A program made the position numbers and the translations under genes. From positions 3,038,001 to 3,102,000 of the forward strand of contig OZ024747.1 of NCBI GenBank assembly GCA_964016885.1: 64,000 nt of DNA. The letters are read 5' to 3'. This stretch comes from Eledone cirrhosa (lineage: Eukaryota). Positions 14,556 through 25,950 of the stretch are shown here, one piece after another; positions within the stretch are counted from its first letter, which is position 1; each line of letters starts with the position of its first letter. The notes under the pieces are model-generated. The model was not told where the DNA came from and searched no databases. It saw only the letters and a program-made list of their open reading frames with translations.

Positions 14556-15042
14556 ATGTTTTAAACATACAAAATACTCAACACTCATAAAAAGAATATA
14601 TATATATATGTATGTGTGTATATATTTATGTGTGTGTATAATCTTTGTGATGTGTGTGTATATATATATATATATATATACAGATACATACATATATATA
14701 TATATATATACATATAAATATATATATGCATGTGTATATATATAAATATATATATGGATGTATATATGTATATGTATATATATGTATATATATTTATATA
14801 TATGTATATAAATGTATATGTATATATATATATAAATATATATATATATGGATGTATGTATATGTATATATATATTTATTTGTATTTATATATATGTGTA
14901 TATGTATATGTAGATATATGTATGTATATATATATGTATATATATATATGTATATATATACATAAATATATATATATATATGTATGTATCTGTATATACA
15001 TCTGTATGTATATCTGTATGTATCTGTATATATATATATATA

Positions 15043-15100
<58 letters not shown>

Positions 15101-15658
15101 TATATGCATGCGTGCATGCATTTGTGTGTGTGTATAAGTGGTGTCTTCAATAGGAGAGATACGATCATAACATATCACAAGTGTGGGAAAGAAATAACAT
15201 TATTATTTGGGTTGTGACTTTCTTATTTTCAAATAATATAAATTTTATTCAATACTAGATTTTTTTTTTCCTGAAATTTGTTTGTACAAGAACTACTTGC
15301 CTGGAACAATAGAGTCATTTGACACAAGAGTAAAAATGAATTAAAGGCAAAATGTTCAGCTTGAGAACAATTCTTTAACACTGCAGAGGTTACGTGCAAA
15401 AATTGCTATCTGACTGGCTTTCGAAACTATCTCTATTGATTATCGTATCTCAGCTCTGTTTCAGAGCAAACAGTCATTATAAACTTTACAGAAACACAAA
15501 TATCTGTCTCAAATGCAATCAAAAAGCAATTTCAACTCAATCAAACAAAAATGTTCTCAATATTTGAATTTAAATACACATATATACACAAAGATATGTG
15601 TGTATATATATATATATATACATGTGTGTGTGTGTGTGTGTGTGTGTATACATATATG

Positions 15659-15721
<63 letters not shown>

Positions 15722-15760
15722 ATATATATGTATATATATATATATATATGTATGTATATA

Positions 15761-15853
<93 letters not shown>

Positions 15854-15856
15854 ATC

Positions 15857-15913
<57 letters not shown>

Positions 15914-16045
15914 GTATGTATATATATATATATATGTATATGTATATGTATATATATGTATATATATATATAATTATATATATTTATATATGTATGTAAA
16001 TGTATGTGAGTACGTATGTATATACATGTAATTTATGCATATATC

Positions 16046-16082
<37 letters not shown>

Positions 16083-16768
16083 TTATATACATATACATAT
16101 ATATCTCAATACATGTAAATATACATAAGGAGGAGAGAGTGAAAGAAAAAGGGAGAGAGAGGAGGAGAAATAGATGAATATAGGCATCACAAGGCACATC
16201 TAAAAGTGAGGCAATTATTGCAAAAGTCCTCAATGAAAAATTCAAATTAGTTGGAGCTATGACAACGTCTGTGAGAAGTAGAAAGGAAATTGAAGAATGT
16301 GAAATCTACAATTGAAAGTAGATATATGTGTATTACCTTTAGTCTGGGACATATCATCCAGATATGTATCTGGATGTCAAGCCAGATTACTATGTCAGCT
16401 GGTCTGATGAGAGACAGAAGTATGGCGGCAGGCTTGTATCCATAGCCAGTTTGTGGTGGTAGTGGTGGGAGGGGGATATAAATGAACATTACATATATAT
16501 ATATATAAATATATACATACGTATATATATGTAAAAGTTCTATTTAAATTGTTGGGATACAACAAGCAAATGGGAACTTCCAACAGTAATGGTTGCATTC
16601 TTTAAGGGTATGTCAATATTTATTTATAAAACTGCTCTATATTATATTTTATCTGATGAAAGCACACCATAATTTAACTTGGTGTCCTTGAAATATGTAT
16701 AATGAATTAAATATGGTTTTATAAATATATTTTCCATTTGTTAATATCGTATATATATATATATATAT

Positions 16769-17107
16769 GGAGGCACATGGCTTAGTGGTTAGAGCATTGG
16801 GCTTGCAATCGAAAGGTTGTGAGTTCAATTCTCAGACCGGGTGATGTGTTGTTTCCTTGAGCAAGACACTTTATTTCACATTGCTCCAGTTTACTCAGCT
16901 GTAGAAATGAGATGATAGGGGCTGGGGTCCCTATCATTCCACTGCAAAGTGGTCGTGGAGGTGCCACGGCAAAAAAGCACCCAGCACTCACTGTAAATGA
17001 GGTTGGTGTTAGGAAGGGCATCCAGCTGTAGAAATCAAGCCAGCATCAGTTCCCGTCCCACCCTTGCAAGCAGGGAAAAAGCGGACGTAAAATGAAATGA
17101 TGAATGA

Positions 17108-17111
<4 letters not shown>
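16769..17111 (+). mobile_element. tRNA-derived SINE family 2 (CORE-like middle, RTE-derived 3' half)
   Basis: A-box tggcttagtgg, B-box gagttcaatt, CORE-like ccttgagcaagacacttt. 16949-17045 matches the LINE 3' region (28983-29130). (GAT)n tail. A near-identical copy lies at 56911-57249(-). Confidence 0.88.
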
Positions 17112-17158
<47 letters not shown>

Positions 17159-17198
17159 CTATACCAAGGAACATATATATATATATATATATGTCTAT

Positions 17199-17382
17199 AT
17201 CGTGTTTGATATAGAAATGGCTTCTACAGGACTAGAACTGTTTCATTCGAAAGAAATCTTCTTTTGAATGAAATAGTTCTAGTCCTATGGAAACCATTTC
17301 TATATTCAACATGATGTTAACACTCTACTAGTGTATTGAGTACCTTACTTACTGGGGTTACCCCCGATTGAACCCGGGACTC
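17199..17382 (+). mobile_element. Fold-back element family A, copy 1 (hairpin plus tail; partial hammerhead)
   Basis: Inverted arms 17199-17256 / 17259-17315, then a tail containing gtattgagtacctta..ttactg.ggttacc. Homologous to the copies at 17451 and 61786. Confidence 0.75.
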
Positions 17383-17450
17383 ACACACCACACACACACA
17401 TATATATACATATATGTGTGTGTGCATGTTTCTATATATATATATATATA

Positions 17451-17659
17451 TTTAATATAGAAAAGGCTTCTACAGGACTAGAACTGTTTCTTTCGGAAGA
17501 AATCATCAGGAAGCCAACCTAACGTTGGCTTCCTGATTATTTTTTCCGAATGAAACAGTTCTAGTCCTGTAGAAGCCTTTTCTATATTAAATATTTATAC
17601 TCTGCTTTGTATTGAGTACCTTATTTACTGTGGTTACCCCTGATTGAACCTGGGATAAA

Positions 17660-17662
<3 letters not shown>
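17451..17662 (+). mobile_element. Fold-back element family A, copy 2 (Penelope-like pLTR derivative)
   Basis: Inverted arms 17451-17518 / 17524-17591, a ~70 nt tail, and (TA)n on both flanks. Confidence 0.8.
17465..17515 (-). ncRNA. Type I hammerhead ribozyme motif with intact core
   Basis: Minus strand reads ggcttc-CTGATGA-tttc ttcc gaaa-GAAA-cag ttctagtc ctg-TA-gaagcc. All three stems pair and the cleavage triplet is GUA. The plus-strand mirror copy (17527-17577) has a core mutation, CTGATTA. Confidence 0.8.
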
Positions 17663-17717
<55 letters not shown>

Positions 17718-17727
17718 TATATATATA

Positions 17728-17922
17728 ACGAAGGAAATGTGGTAAGGAACCAGATGGACCATAATGCACCAAAGTACTCAATACTTAGGGTAGTAGAGTG
17801 GGTAATAGGAACAAGTATGAACCCGACGGCAGAGCTCAAGCCGTTTCAACGGCTAATTTTAAGTCCAGAATTAGCCATCGAAATGGCTTGAGCTCTGCCG
17901 TTGGGGTCATACTTGTTCCTAT
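17728..17922 (-). mobile_element. Fold-back element family B, copy 1 (hairpin 17805-17922, tail on left)
   Basis: Inverted arms with the 3' half of a hammerhead (GAAA-cggc ttgagctct gccg-TC). Homologous to 60786-60983. TA flanks. Confidence 0.75.
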
Positions 17923-17936
17923 ATATATATATATAT

Positions 17937-18427
17937 ATATTGTTATACTTTGGGAGGGTCATGTTGCCAATGAGAAACACACGCACCAGTTGCTTTCACT
18001 TCAATTTATTATAATAAATTTATAATAAATTTATAAATTTATAAATTTCTGGTTGGTTGGTTGGTTCCACAACCAGATAGTTGTTTATATATAGTCATAG
18101 TTCTTTCGTCACACACTCTGTGACCTCTTCAGTGACTGGGGATTCCTTTCTTTGTTTCTGTGCCTCTCCTTTGTTCTGTCCTACGCCATTTTGTTTCTGT
18201 GTGTGAACTATGACTATATATAAACAACTATCTGGTTGTGGAACCAACCAACCAACCAGAAATTTATAAATTTATAAATTTATTATAAATTTATTATAAT
18301 AAATATTGAAGTGAAAGCAACTGGTGCGTGTGGTTCTTATTGGTAACATGACCCTCCCAAAGTATAACAATATCGGTTTCAACACACGATTTCAGATAAA
18401 GAATCTTGCTAAACAAATTCAGAAACG

Positions 18428-18430
<3 letters not shown>
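17937..18430 (+). mobile_element. Fold-back element family C (~167 bp inverted arms, ~100 bp spacer, tail)
   Basis: Arms 17937-18103 / 18205-18373 are nearly perfect reverse complements. Tail 18374-18430. TA flanks. A deletion derivative lies at 61497-61578. Confidence 0.8.
18093..18137 (-). ncRNA. Minimal type I hammerhead ribozyme motif
   Basis: Minus strand reads agtca-CTGAAGA-g gtcaca gagtg tgtgac-GAAA-g aa c-TA-tgact: 5 bp stem I, 6 bp stem II, vestigial stem III. Confidence 0.65.
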
Positions 18431-18479
<49 letters not shown>

Positions 18480-18484
18480 GTTTA

Positions 18485-18880
18485 TATGACAGGCCTAGAC
18501 TATTTGGGTCAATTAGAAAAACTGAAACTCTACTCTTCCCAATGCTGCCATGATCACTACTTCATCTGCATTATGTGAAAAATCTTCCATTAATATTGCT
18601 ACAATGATGTTGTCATCACCTTTACAATCTAACCAAGATGTGTTCCCCATACTTTCTGTCCACTAGAAAACTCAAACTGACATCTTATAGAAACAATATG
18701 ACATAACTACTTTACCTCCTCACCTGGTTCTGCTCTCTTTAATATCATACTGAAATACATCAAGACTGAAACAGATCCCATATTATTCAAAAGATTTCTT
18801 AAGAAATTTCTCCAAGAAATCCCAGATAAATCCCTCACACCCGGATATGTCTTCAAAAACTCTTTACGAGAGTGGGTCAC
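18485..18880 (+). mobile_element. Decayed CR1/L2-group LINE 3' fragment
   Basis: Peptide remnants GLDYLGQLEKLKLYS and LFNIILKYIKTETDPILFKRFLKKFLQEIPD resemble CR1-type RT C-termini. Confidence 0.55.
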
Positions 18881-19159
18881 TATTTTCCCATTGATTTTAT
18901 AAGTACAGCTGTGTTCTAACAGGATTATATATTTAAGAACAAAACAATGTCAACAAGAAATATAGAAAAGTGCCAATAATAGAACCACTTATACACATGA
19001 AAGAACAGGTTTTAGACATATACAATGTAGTATATTCTTGTTGTTCAGCTACTGAGAGGGTCGTGGCGCAGAGTCCCCAAACACTCCTTCCAATGGGGCC
19101 TCACAGAAGCAACTGTCTTCAACTGATCTGGCTGGGTCCCCAAGTGGGACCAGTCAAGC

Positions 19160-19970
19160 AAACACACACACACACATGGTCACACACACACATACACTCA
19201 CACACACATGCACACACACACACACACACACATGCCCACACACACACATACATACACTCACACACACATGCACACACACACACACACACACACATGCTCA
19301 CACACACACATACATACACTCACACACACATGGTCACACACACACATACACTCACACACACATGCACACACACACACACACATGCTCACACACACACATA
19401 CATACACTCACACACACATGCACACACACACACACATGCACACACACACACACATGCACACACGCACATACATACACTCACACACACATGCACACACACA
19501 CATGCTCACACACACACATACATACATACACTCACACACACATGCACACACACACACATGCTCACACACACACATACATACACTCACACGCACATGCACA
19601 CACACACACACACTTATGCACACACATGCACACACACACATATGCACACACACTCAAACACACACACACAAACATGCACACCCACCCACCCATGTACACA
19701 CACACAGACATGCACACACACAGTCACATGCACACATACACACATGTGTGTGTGTGTTGGCTCTGTGTGTGTGTGTGTGTGTTGGCTCTGTGTGAGTGTG
19801 TGTGTGTTGGTTCTGTGTGAGTGTGTGAGTGTGTGTTGGCTCTGTGTGTGTGTGTGAGTGTGTGTTGGCTCTGCCTGAGTGTGTGTGTGTTGGTTCTGTG
19901 TGAGTGTGTGTTGGTTCTGTGTGTGTGGGTGAGGGTGTGTTGGCTCTGTGTGTGTGTGTGTGTGTGTGTA
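19160..19970. repeat. (CA)-rich compound tract followed by a (TG)-rich tract with a gttggctct motif
   Basis: Direct reading. Strand polarity flips at acacatgtgt (~19745). Confidence 0.9.
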
Positions 19971-19991
19971 TTACCCATGTGTGACACCCTG

Positions 19992-20658
19992 ACACATAGA
20001 AACTGACCAATCAAAGTAGACAATACAGCCTTACACATAGAAACTGACCAATCAATGGAGACAATACAGCCTTACACATAGAAACTGACCAATCAAAGTA
20101 GACAATACAGCCTTACACATAGAAACTGACCAATCAATGGAAACAATACACTCTTACACATAGAAACTGACCAATCAATGGAGACAATACAGCCTTACAT
20201 ATAGAAACTGACCAATCAATGGAGACAATACAGCCTTACACATAGAAACTGACCAATCAATGGAGACAATACAGCCTTACACATAGAAACTGACCAATCA
20301 ATGGAGACAATACAGCCTTACACATAGAAACTGACCAATCAAAGTAGACAATACAGCCTTACACATAGAAACTGACCAATCAAAGTAGACAATACACTCT
20401 TACACATAGAAACTGACCAATCAAAGTAGACAATACAGCCTTATATATAGAAACTGACCAATCAATGGAGACAATACAGCCTTACACATAGAAACTGACC
20501 AATCAAAGTAGACAATACACTCTTACACATAGAAACTGACCAATCAAAGTAGACAATACAATCTTACACATAGAAACTGACCAATCAAAGTAGACAATAC
20601 ACCCTTACACATAGAAACTGACCAATCAAAGTAGACAATACAATCTTACACATAGAAA
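19992..20658. repeat. 41-bp minisatellite, ~16 copies
   Basis: Unit cacatagaaactgaccaatca(aagta/atgga)gacaatacagcctta. Confidence 0.95.
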
Positions 20659-20689
20659 AACTTACACACGGGATTCTCTCAGCTATTTC

Positions 20690-21068
20690 GATTGGCAGAA
20701 TTATTAAAGTGTCGGACAATATGCTTTGTGGCATATAATTACATCCATTTACGTTCTGAGTTCAAATCCCACCATGGTTAGCTATGACTTTCATCCTTAC
20801 AGGTTCAATAAGATAAAGTACCAGTAATGTACTAGGGTTGAGTTAATCAGCTTTTCCCTTCCCCAAAATTGTTGTCTTTGTGGCTAATTGACAGTATTGT
20901 TAGAGTGTCAGACACCATGCTTTGCAGCATAGAGTTATGGCCCTTTACGGTCTGAGTTCAAATCCTGCCGAGGTTATCTTTGCCTTTCATCCTTACAGAG
21001 CCGATAAAATAAAGTACCAGTAATGCGCTGGGTAATTGCTGGCCTTGTGCCAAAAGTAGAAACAATTA
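20690..21068 (+). mobile_element. Two tandem tRNA-SINE family 1 copies
   Basis: Family consensus at 20690-20886 and 20887-21068. A degenerate copy lies at about 21650-21805. Confidence 0.8.
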
Positions 21069-21354
21069 TTTATAGAAATCGACTGCAATTACAGTCAACT
21101 GTAGAATCTGTTGTGAGAGGTTGTGTAGCTGAATGATCAGAGTAGTCAACCAGAATTCAAGACATATGGAGTTCAATTCTGTGTAGTAGCTGTTGGCCAC
21201 TTTTTTCCATCCATAGGTATATTTTACCTGATTTTCTAAACTATTATTTATAGCAGTTGATTCATGACACATTTAGTTTCTGTATTTGGGATCCCTACAA
21301 CTTCCAAAAAGGATTTGTTATTACTAAGAGCTTTGGTAGTTTTTATAGAATATG

Positions 21355-21425
<71 letters not shown>

Positions 21426-22376
21426 TCATCATCATTTTTACATCTGCTTTTCCATGTTAGCATGGGTTTTACAGATCCTTCTCAGCATGGCATCTCTCCT
21501 ATTGTTGCATTCCTTCATCATCTCCTCTAGCATTCTCTTCGATGGTCCAGGAGTGCTACTAACCTCTTTAAGGGGCCAGGATCCCACATTTTACATAACC
21601 CTCCCACCCTCTAATGAGTGCACTGGGACCTTTTTATCATGGCACCTTTGGGTGATGAATTGGCAGAGTCACTAGAGCATTGGATAGAATGATTTACAAT
21701 TTTTGGTTCACTGTGCTCTCTGAGTTCAAAATCTTCTATGTTCAACTTTGCCTTTCATCCTTTTGAGGTCAATAAAAGCTGTACTAGTTAGGTACTGGGA
21801 TTGATTGTTCCTCTATGTCTCTTTCTTGCTTCATTTCCATCATTCTCTCAACTTATCTAGAAGAAAGCACCTGTGTCCTGATGCTGAAAACGAGGGGTTC
21901 CCTAGGTTTAAAATAGAAGACTGTCACGACGACACCCCATTATCACAACTGTGCCCTTATGACTCCACCAGGAGTTACAGGTGCATACATACAATATACA
22001 TTTGGCCTCTAAAACAGACTTTTATTTTGAATATATACCATAGAAAAATTTAATAAAATGACAAGTTACCTAGCGTTCCTAGGACAAAGAAAATATAAAT
22101 TTGTCATGTTTATTTCTATCTAAATGTAATAGGAATTGGTGATGTTTATGTTTATCTAAATGTAATTAGAATCTTACAGCAGTGATTAGAAATTGAATTC
22201 CAATGTTTGCAATGTTTAAGAAGAAAGTTTATTTCTAATTAACGACATTCAGAAAATTTCTTAAATTTCCCAAAGTTATATGTTGCTAAATAAAGAAAAG
22301 AAATGGCCAGCAAACATAAAGATGAAAAAAATAAGACATATCTTTGTAATATTTGAACAGTTGCAATATATATATA

Positions 22377-22640
22377 CATCATCATCATAATTTTTATGTC
22401 CACATTTCCATGCTTGCATGGGTTGTATGGATCCTTCTCAGCATGACACCTCTCCACTTGTCATGTTCCTTCATCATCTCCTCTGCCAGTCTTAATGAGG
22501 TCCACTCCCTCAACCTCTGCCCAAGTTGTCCTCTACTACAGCTTCCTTCCACTGGAATTTTCTGGTATTTCTTCACCCATCGGTTATTGTCCATGCGCAT
22601 CACATGTCCATACCAACACAGTCTTCCTTCCTGCACACAA
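22377..22640 (-). mobile_element. RTE LINE 3' terminal fragment
   Basis: ORF 22394-22636 QEGRLCWYGHVMRMD matches QERRLRWYGHVMRMK of the large LINE. (GAT)n tail. Confidence 0.85.
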
Positions 22641-22690
22641 TCTCTCTATATATATGTATACATACATACATACATAAATACATATATATA

Positions 22691-23438
22691 TATAAATACA
22701 TAATCAGAGAAAGCTAATAGCGATACTCCAGCCAAATTCCAACTCACTCAACAAACATTAGGAAATACCTGAGTATATTCCTAATTAAACGTTCAGGGTG
22801 CTAACTATATTGTATTGTGTGGAAAATTGGCTGTATCATTTCATATGAGATATATCAAATATATCACTTCCCAGACGACTTGTTTCATTATAAGATTTCT
22901 ACAAGTTGGGTGAAATTATACCAATTTATGTAGAAGCTTGTATAAGATCAACAGATACTTATTCAAGTGGGCTCTTATAAATCTTTAGTGGGTGCCCAAT
23001 AATATTAATATTGATAACCAAATCAACATCAATATTTAGCGATAATCACCATCAGTGCTTGAGGGAGCTGCTAGGTTGTTAGCCCAGCAGTTCTAAAGAA
23101 AATCTCACACTGTCCTGAAAATGGGAGGAAGGAGACTACCGCCAAAAACAATACGTGCACAGGTCGTTGAACTCTGACAAGAATTCAAGCCACGTGCTTA
23201 GAACTCAATTGGATATGAAAAAATAACCACATGTGCGCATCGCTTGATGACACATATAGATATTTTCTCGGGCAAAATAACAGAATAAGATACAAGAACA
23301 AACAATCAATATTCATATAAAAAATAAACAAAGAGAGTCATATTTTATATCGGGAAAGTTCATATCTGTTGCTCCAAGAGTAAATATATAAATACATAAT
23401 CGGGGAAAGCTAATAGCGATACTCCGGCCAAATTCCAA

Positions 23439-23442
<4 letters not shown>
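22691..23442. repeat. ~750 bp element bounded by ~55 bp direct repeats, inside TA tracts
   Basis: tataaatacataatc.g.gaaagctaatagcgatactcc.gccaaattccaactca occurs at 22691-22746 and 23387-23442. Confidence 0.7.
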
Positions 23443-23467
<25 letters not shown>

Positions 23468-23473
<6 letters not shown>

Positions 23474-23660
23474 AATGATGTGTTCATGCAAGGAGATGCT
23501 ATAAAGCTTATAAATACTTTTTTAAGGGTTATCACCCTATTTTATAAGCTATTTTAATGCATCTCCTTGAATAAGCACATCATTCTTTATAATAATTTTA
23601 TCTTCTCAGTACTTTATAAGTGTCCAAGAGATCAGCTACATAAATACAATCTATATTATT
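23468..23660 (+). mobile_element. Diverged fold-back element (family E) with tail
   Basis: Imperfect inverted arms 23468-23529 / 23534-23590 centred on agggt-tatc-accct. Tail contains cagtacttt. TA flanks. Confidence 0.6.
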
Positions 23661-24094
23661 TATATGTGTGTGTATATATATATATATATATATAAAGAAA
23701 GAGAGAAAGAGATAAATAATACGATTTATAGACTGTCCATTTTAGGAGACTGATACTTTTATGTGATAAATTTTCTCAAGCCTGGTTTCTTTTCCAACCG
23801 TTATTTGAAATATTAAAAAAAACTAATACACTACTTTTATTAAGGTGCACAAGAGAAAATATGTCAAGTGTAAAGTTAAAAGAGATTGAAACATCAAGAA
23901 GGGTGTAAATGTTTTATCTTTTGGAGAAGTGGTCTGTAGAGACGAGAAAAAAGAATAAAGTTAGAGAAAAGATTAAAAAGGAGAAGGTAGAAGTCAAATA
24001 TCAGTACAGAAATGAAGACAAAAGGGAAACTAGGTGACATTAAGCCTATGTCTGTATTTGTGTGTAGTTAGTCAAGTAAGGTTGTGTAACCCAG

Positions 24095-24420
24095 GACTGA
24101 AATCAATGCTTTTCAAATGTCTACAGTTCCTTAATATTTCTGATCTGGTGTTTAAACTGTTGTCATAGGTTTTCGAAAGTTCTTTTTTCTCTGCTTTACA
24201 AATATCACACATTTTGCTTTCATTCTTGTAGGGTTTAGATTTATTCATAATTTTCCATTTCTCTTTTAATGGCCAAATTTAGTTGCCTTAATTTTGTCTA
24301 AAAGAGGAGGACATAGGATTGTAGAATTGTTTCTTGAATTTCCTTTCACTTATACCTCTGTAGTGTTTAGTATTATGTCAAGATTTGATTATATAGAGGT
24401 AATCTCTGCTTCACAAATAC
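24095..24420 (-). pseudogene. Penelope-like element GIY-YIG endonuclease C-terminal remnant (Neptune-like)
   Basis: Minus-strand frameshifted peptides ICEAEITS, KHYRGISERKFKKQFYN..SSFR, KWKIMNKSKPYKNESKMCDICKAEKKEL and SLNTRSEILRNCRH match the PLE GIY-YIG pattern (YIG..FKxRxxNH; WKI..PY..CxLC..EK; LNKRSE..CRH). Confidence 0.8.
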
Positions 24421-24700
24421 AATACACACATAGATGTGTGCACACACGTATACAACATACACATACCCACACAAATACATACACATATAGATGTGTGTAT
24501 ACAACATACACATATCCACACAAATACATACACATATAGATGTGTGCATACAACATACACATACCCACACAAATACATACACACATAGATGTGTGCACAC
24601 ACGTATACAACATACACATACCCACACAAATACATACACACATAGATGTGTGCACACACGTATACAACATACACATACCCACACAAATACATACACATAT
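24421..24700. repeat. 49/57-bp CA-rich tandem repeat, ~5 copies
   Basis: tagatgtgtg recurs at 24431, 24488, 24537, 24586 and 24643. Confidence 0.85.
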
Positions 24701-25714
24701 AAATCTAAATTCGAAAACAACTGATATTGGAAGATAGGCTCTCCAGAGATTCCCACAAAATGAATTCCATAATAGCTGGAATTAACATCTGTTACCATGT
24801 AACAGATGTTATCTTGTTTACTCACAGGATTGTTAGTAATAGATCTGATTTGATCAATTGGTTCATTCTAAACCAAATGATTCAGAGCACACGGCATCAT
24901 TCTCTGACAATCACATCCTACCAAAGCCATGTAGATGTTTGTCATTCCTAGCTGATATTTCACAGATAGTTTAATAATAAACGTTTTCAGAAATTTTAAC
25001 CAGCTGGCTAGTCATAATGTGCCAATGCTTTGCTCACAATAAATCAAAACCATATAATTTAGTAAGACATTTTAGTCTGGCAAATATTAGTCAGCACAAG
25101 CTTCAAATACTAAATGAATTTCATTGGTTAATCTTTCTTTATGCCACCACCTTTTATTCCTTCATTTTGTTTTCAGAAGCACTTGTTACCTTGATATTTA
25201 CATAAACCACCACCAAGACTACCATGTCAAAGCTGAAGGAATATTTCCAGAAATGCCCAGCTTCCACAGAAAACAATTTTACATCCATATAGAAGAATGG
25301 CAGCAATATGAAATCTTGCCAATCTGAAAGGGTGTTCAATCAAACAAGCAATAATAAAGGGCTATTGAACAGATACTGTAGCAGTCTAGTTTTATTTGAA
25401 ACCTGGAAAATGGACCATCCTGGTTACATAAAAAAATTGTACCCTATCAAAACTTTTCAAAGTGTTTAAGATAAATTAATACACTAAATGAAATCCTTCT
25501 TGCCACATATCATATAAAATGTTGATGATTGAGACTCTGTCTGACAGTGATTAGAAGATCTTGTTTAACATAATACTGTACTAACCAAGTGCTGATGTAT
25601 TTACCAAATCTTTTCTGTTGAGCAGATTTATGGAACTGAAATTATTAATTACATTCTGCTTGATTACATTCATTGAATCTATTTGACTGATCCCCAGATA
25701 TATATACATATATG

Positions 25715-25787
<73 letters not shown>

Positions 25788-25814
25788 ATATATATATGTG
25801 TGTATATGTATATG

Positions 25815-25896
<82 letters not shown>

Positions 25897-25950
25897 TGTA
25901 TGTATATATATATATATATGTGTGTATATGTATATGTATGTATATATATA

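Noticed and set aside
16399-16449. Hammerhead-like ctggt-CTGATGA...cca-TA-gccag
   Set aside because: Stems I and III can pair, but there is no stem II and no intact GAAA.
16769-16845. tRNA gene
   Set aside because: It has A and B boxes but continues into a SINE body and is repeated, so it is a SINE head.
19992-20658. CRISPR-like appearance of the 41-, 42- and 34-bp arrays
   Set aside because: Units are contiguous with no unique spacers, there are no cas genes, and the context is eukaryotic.
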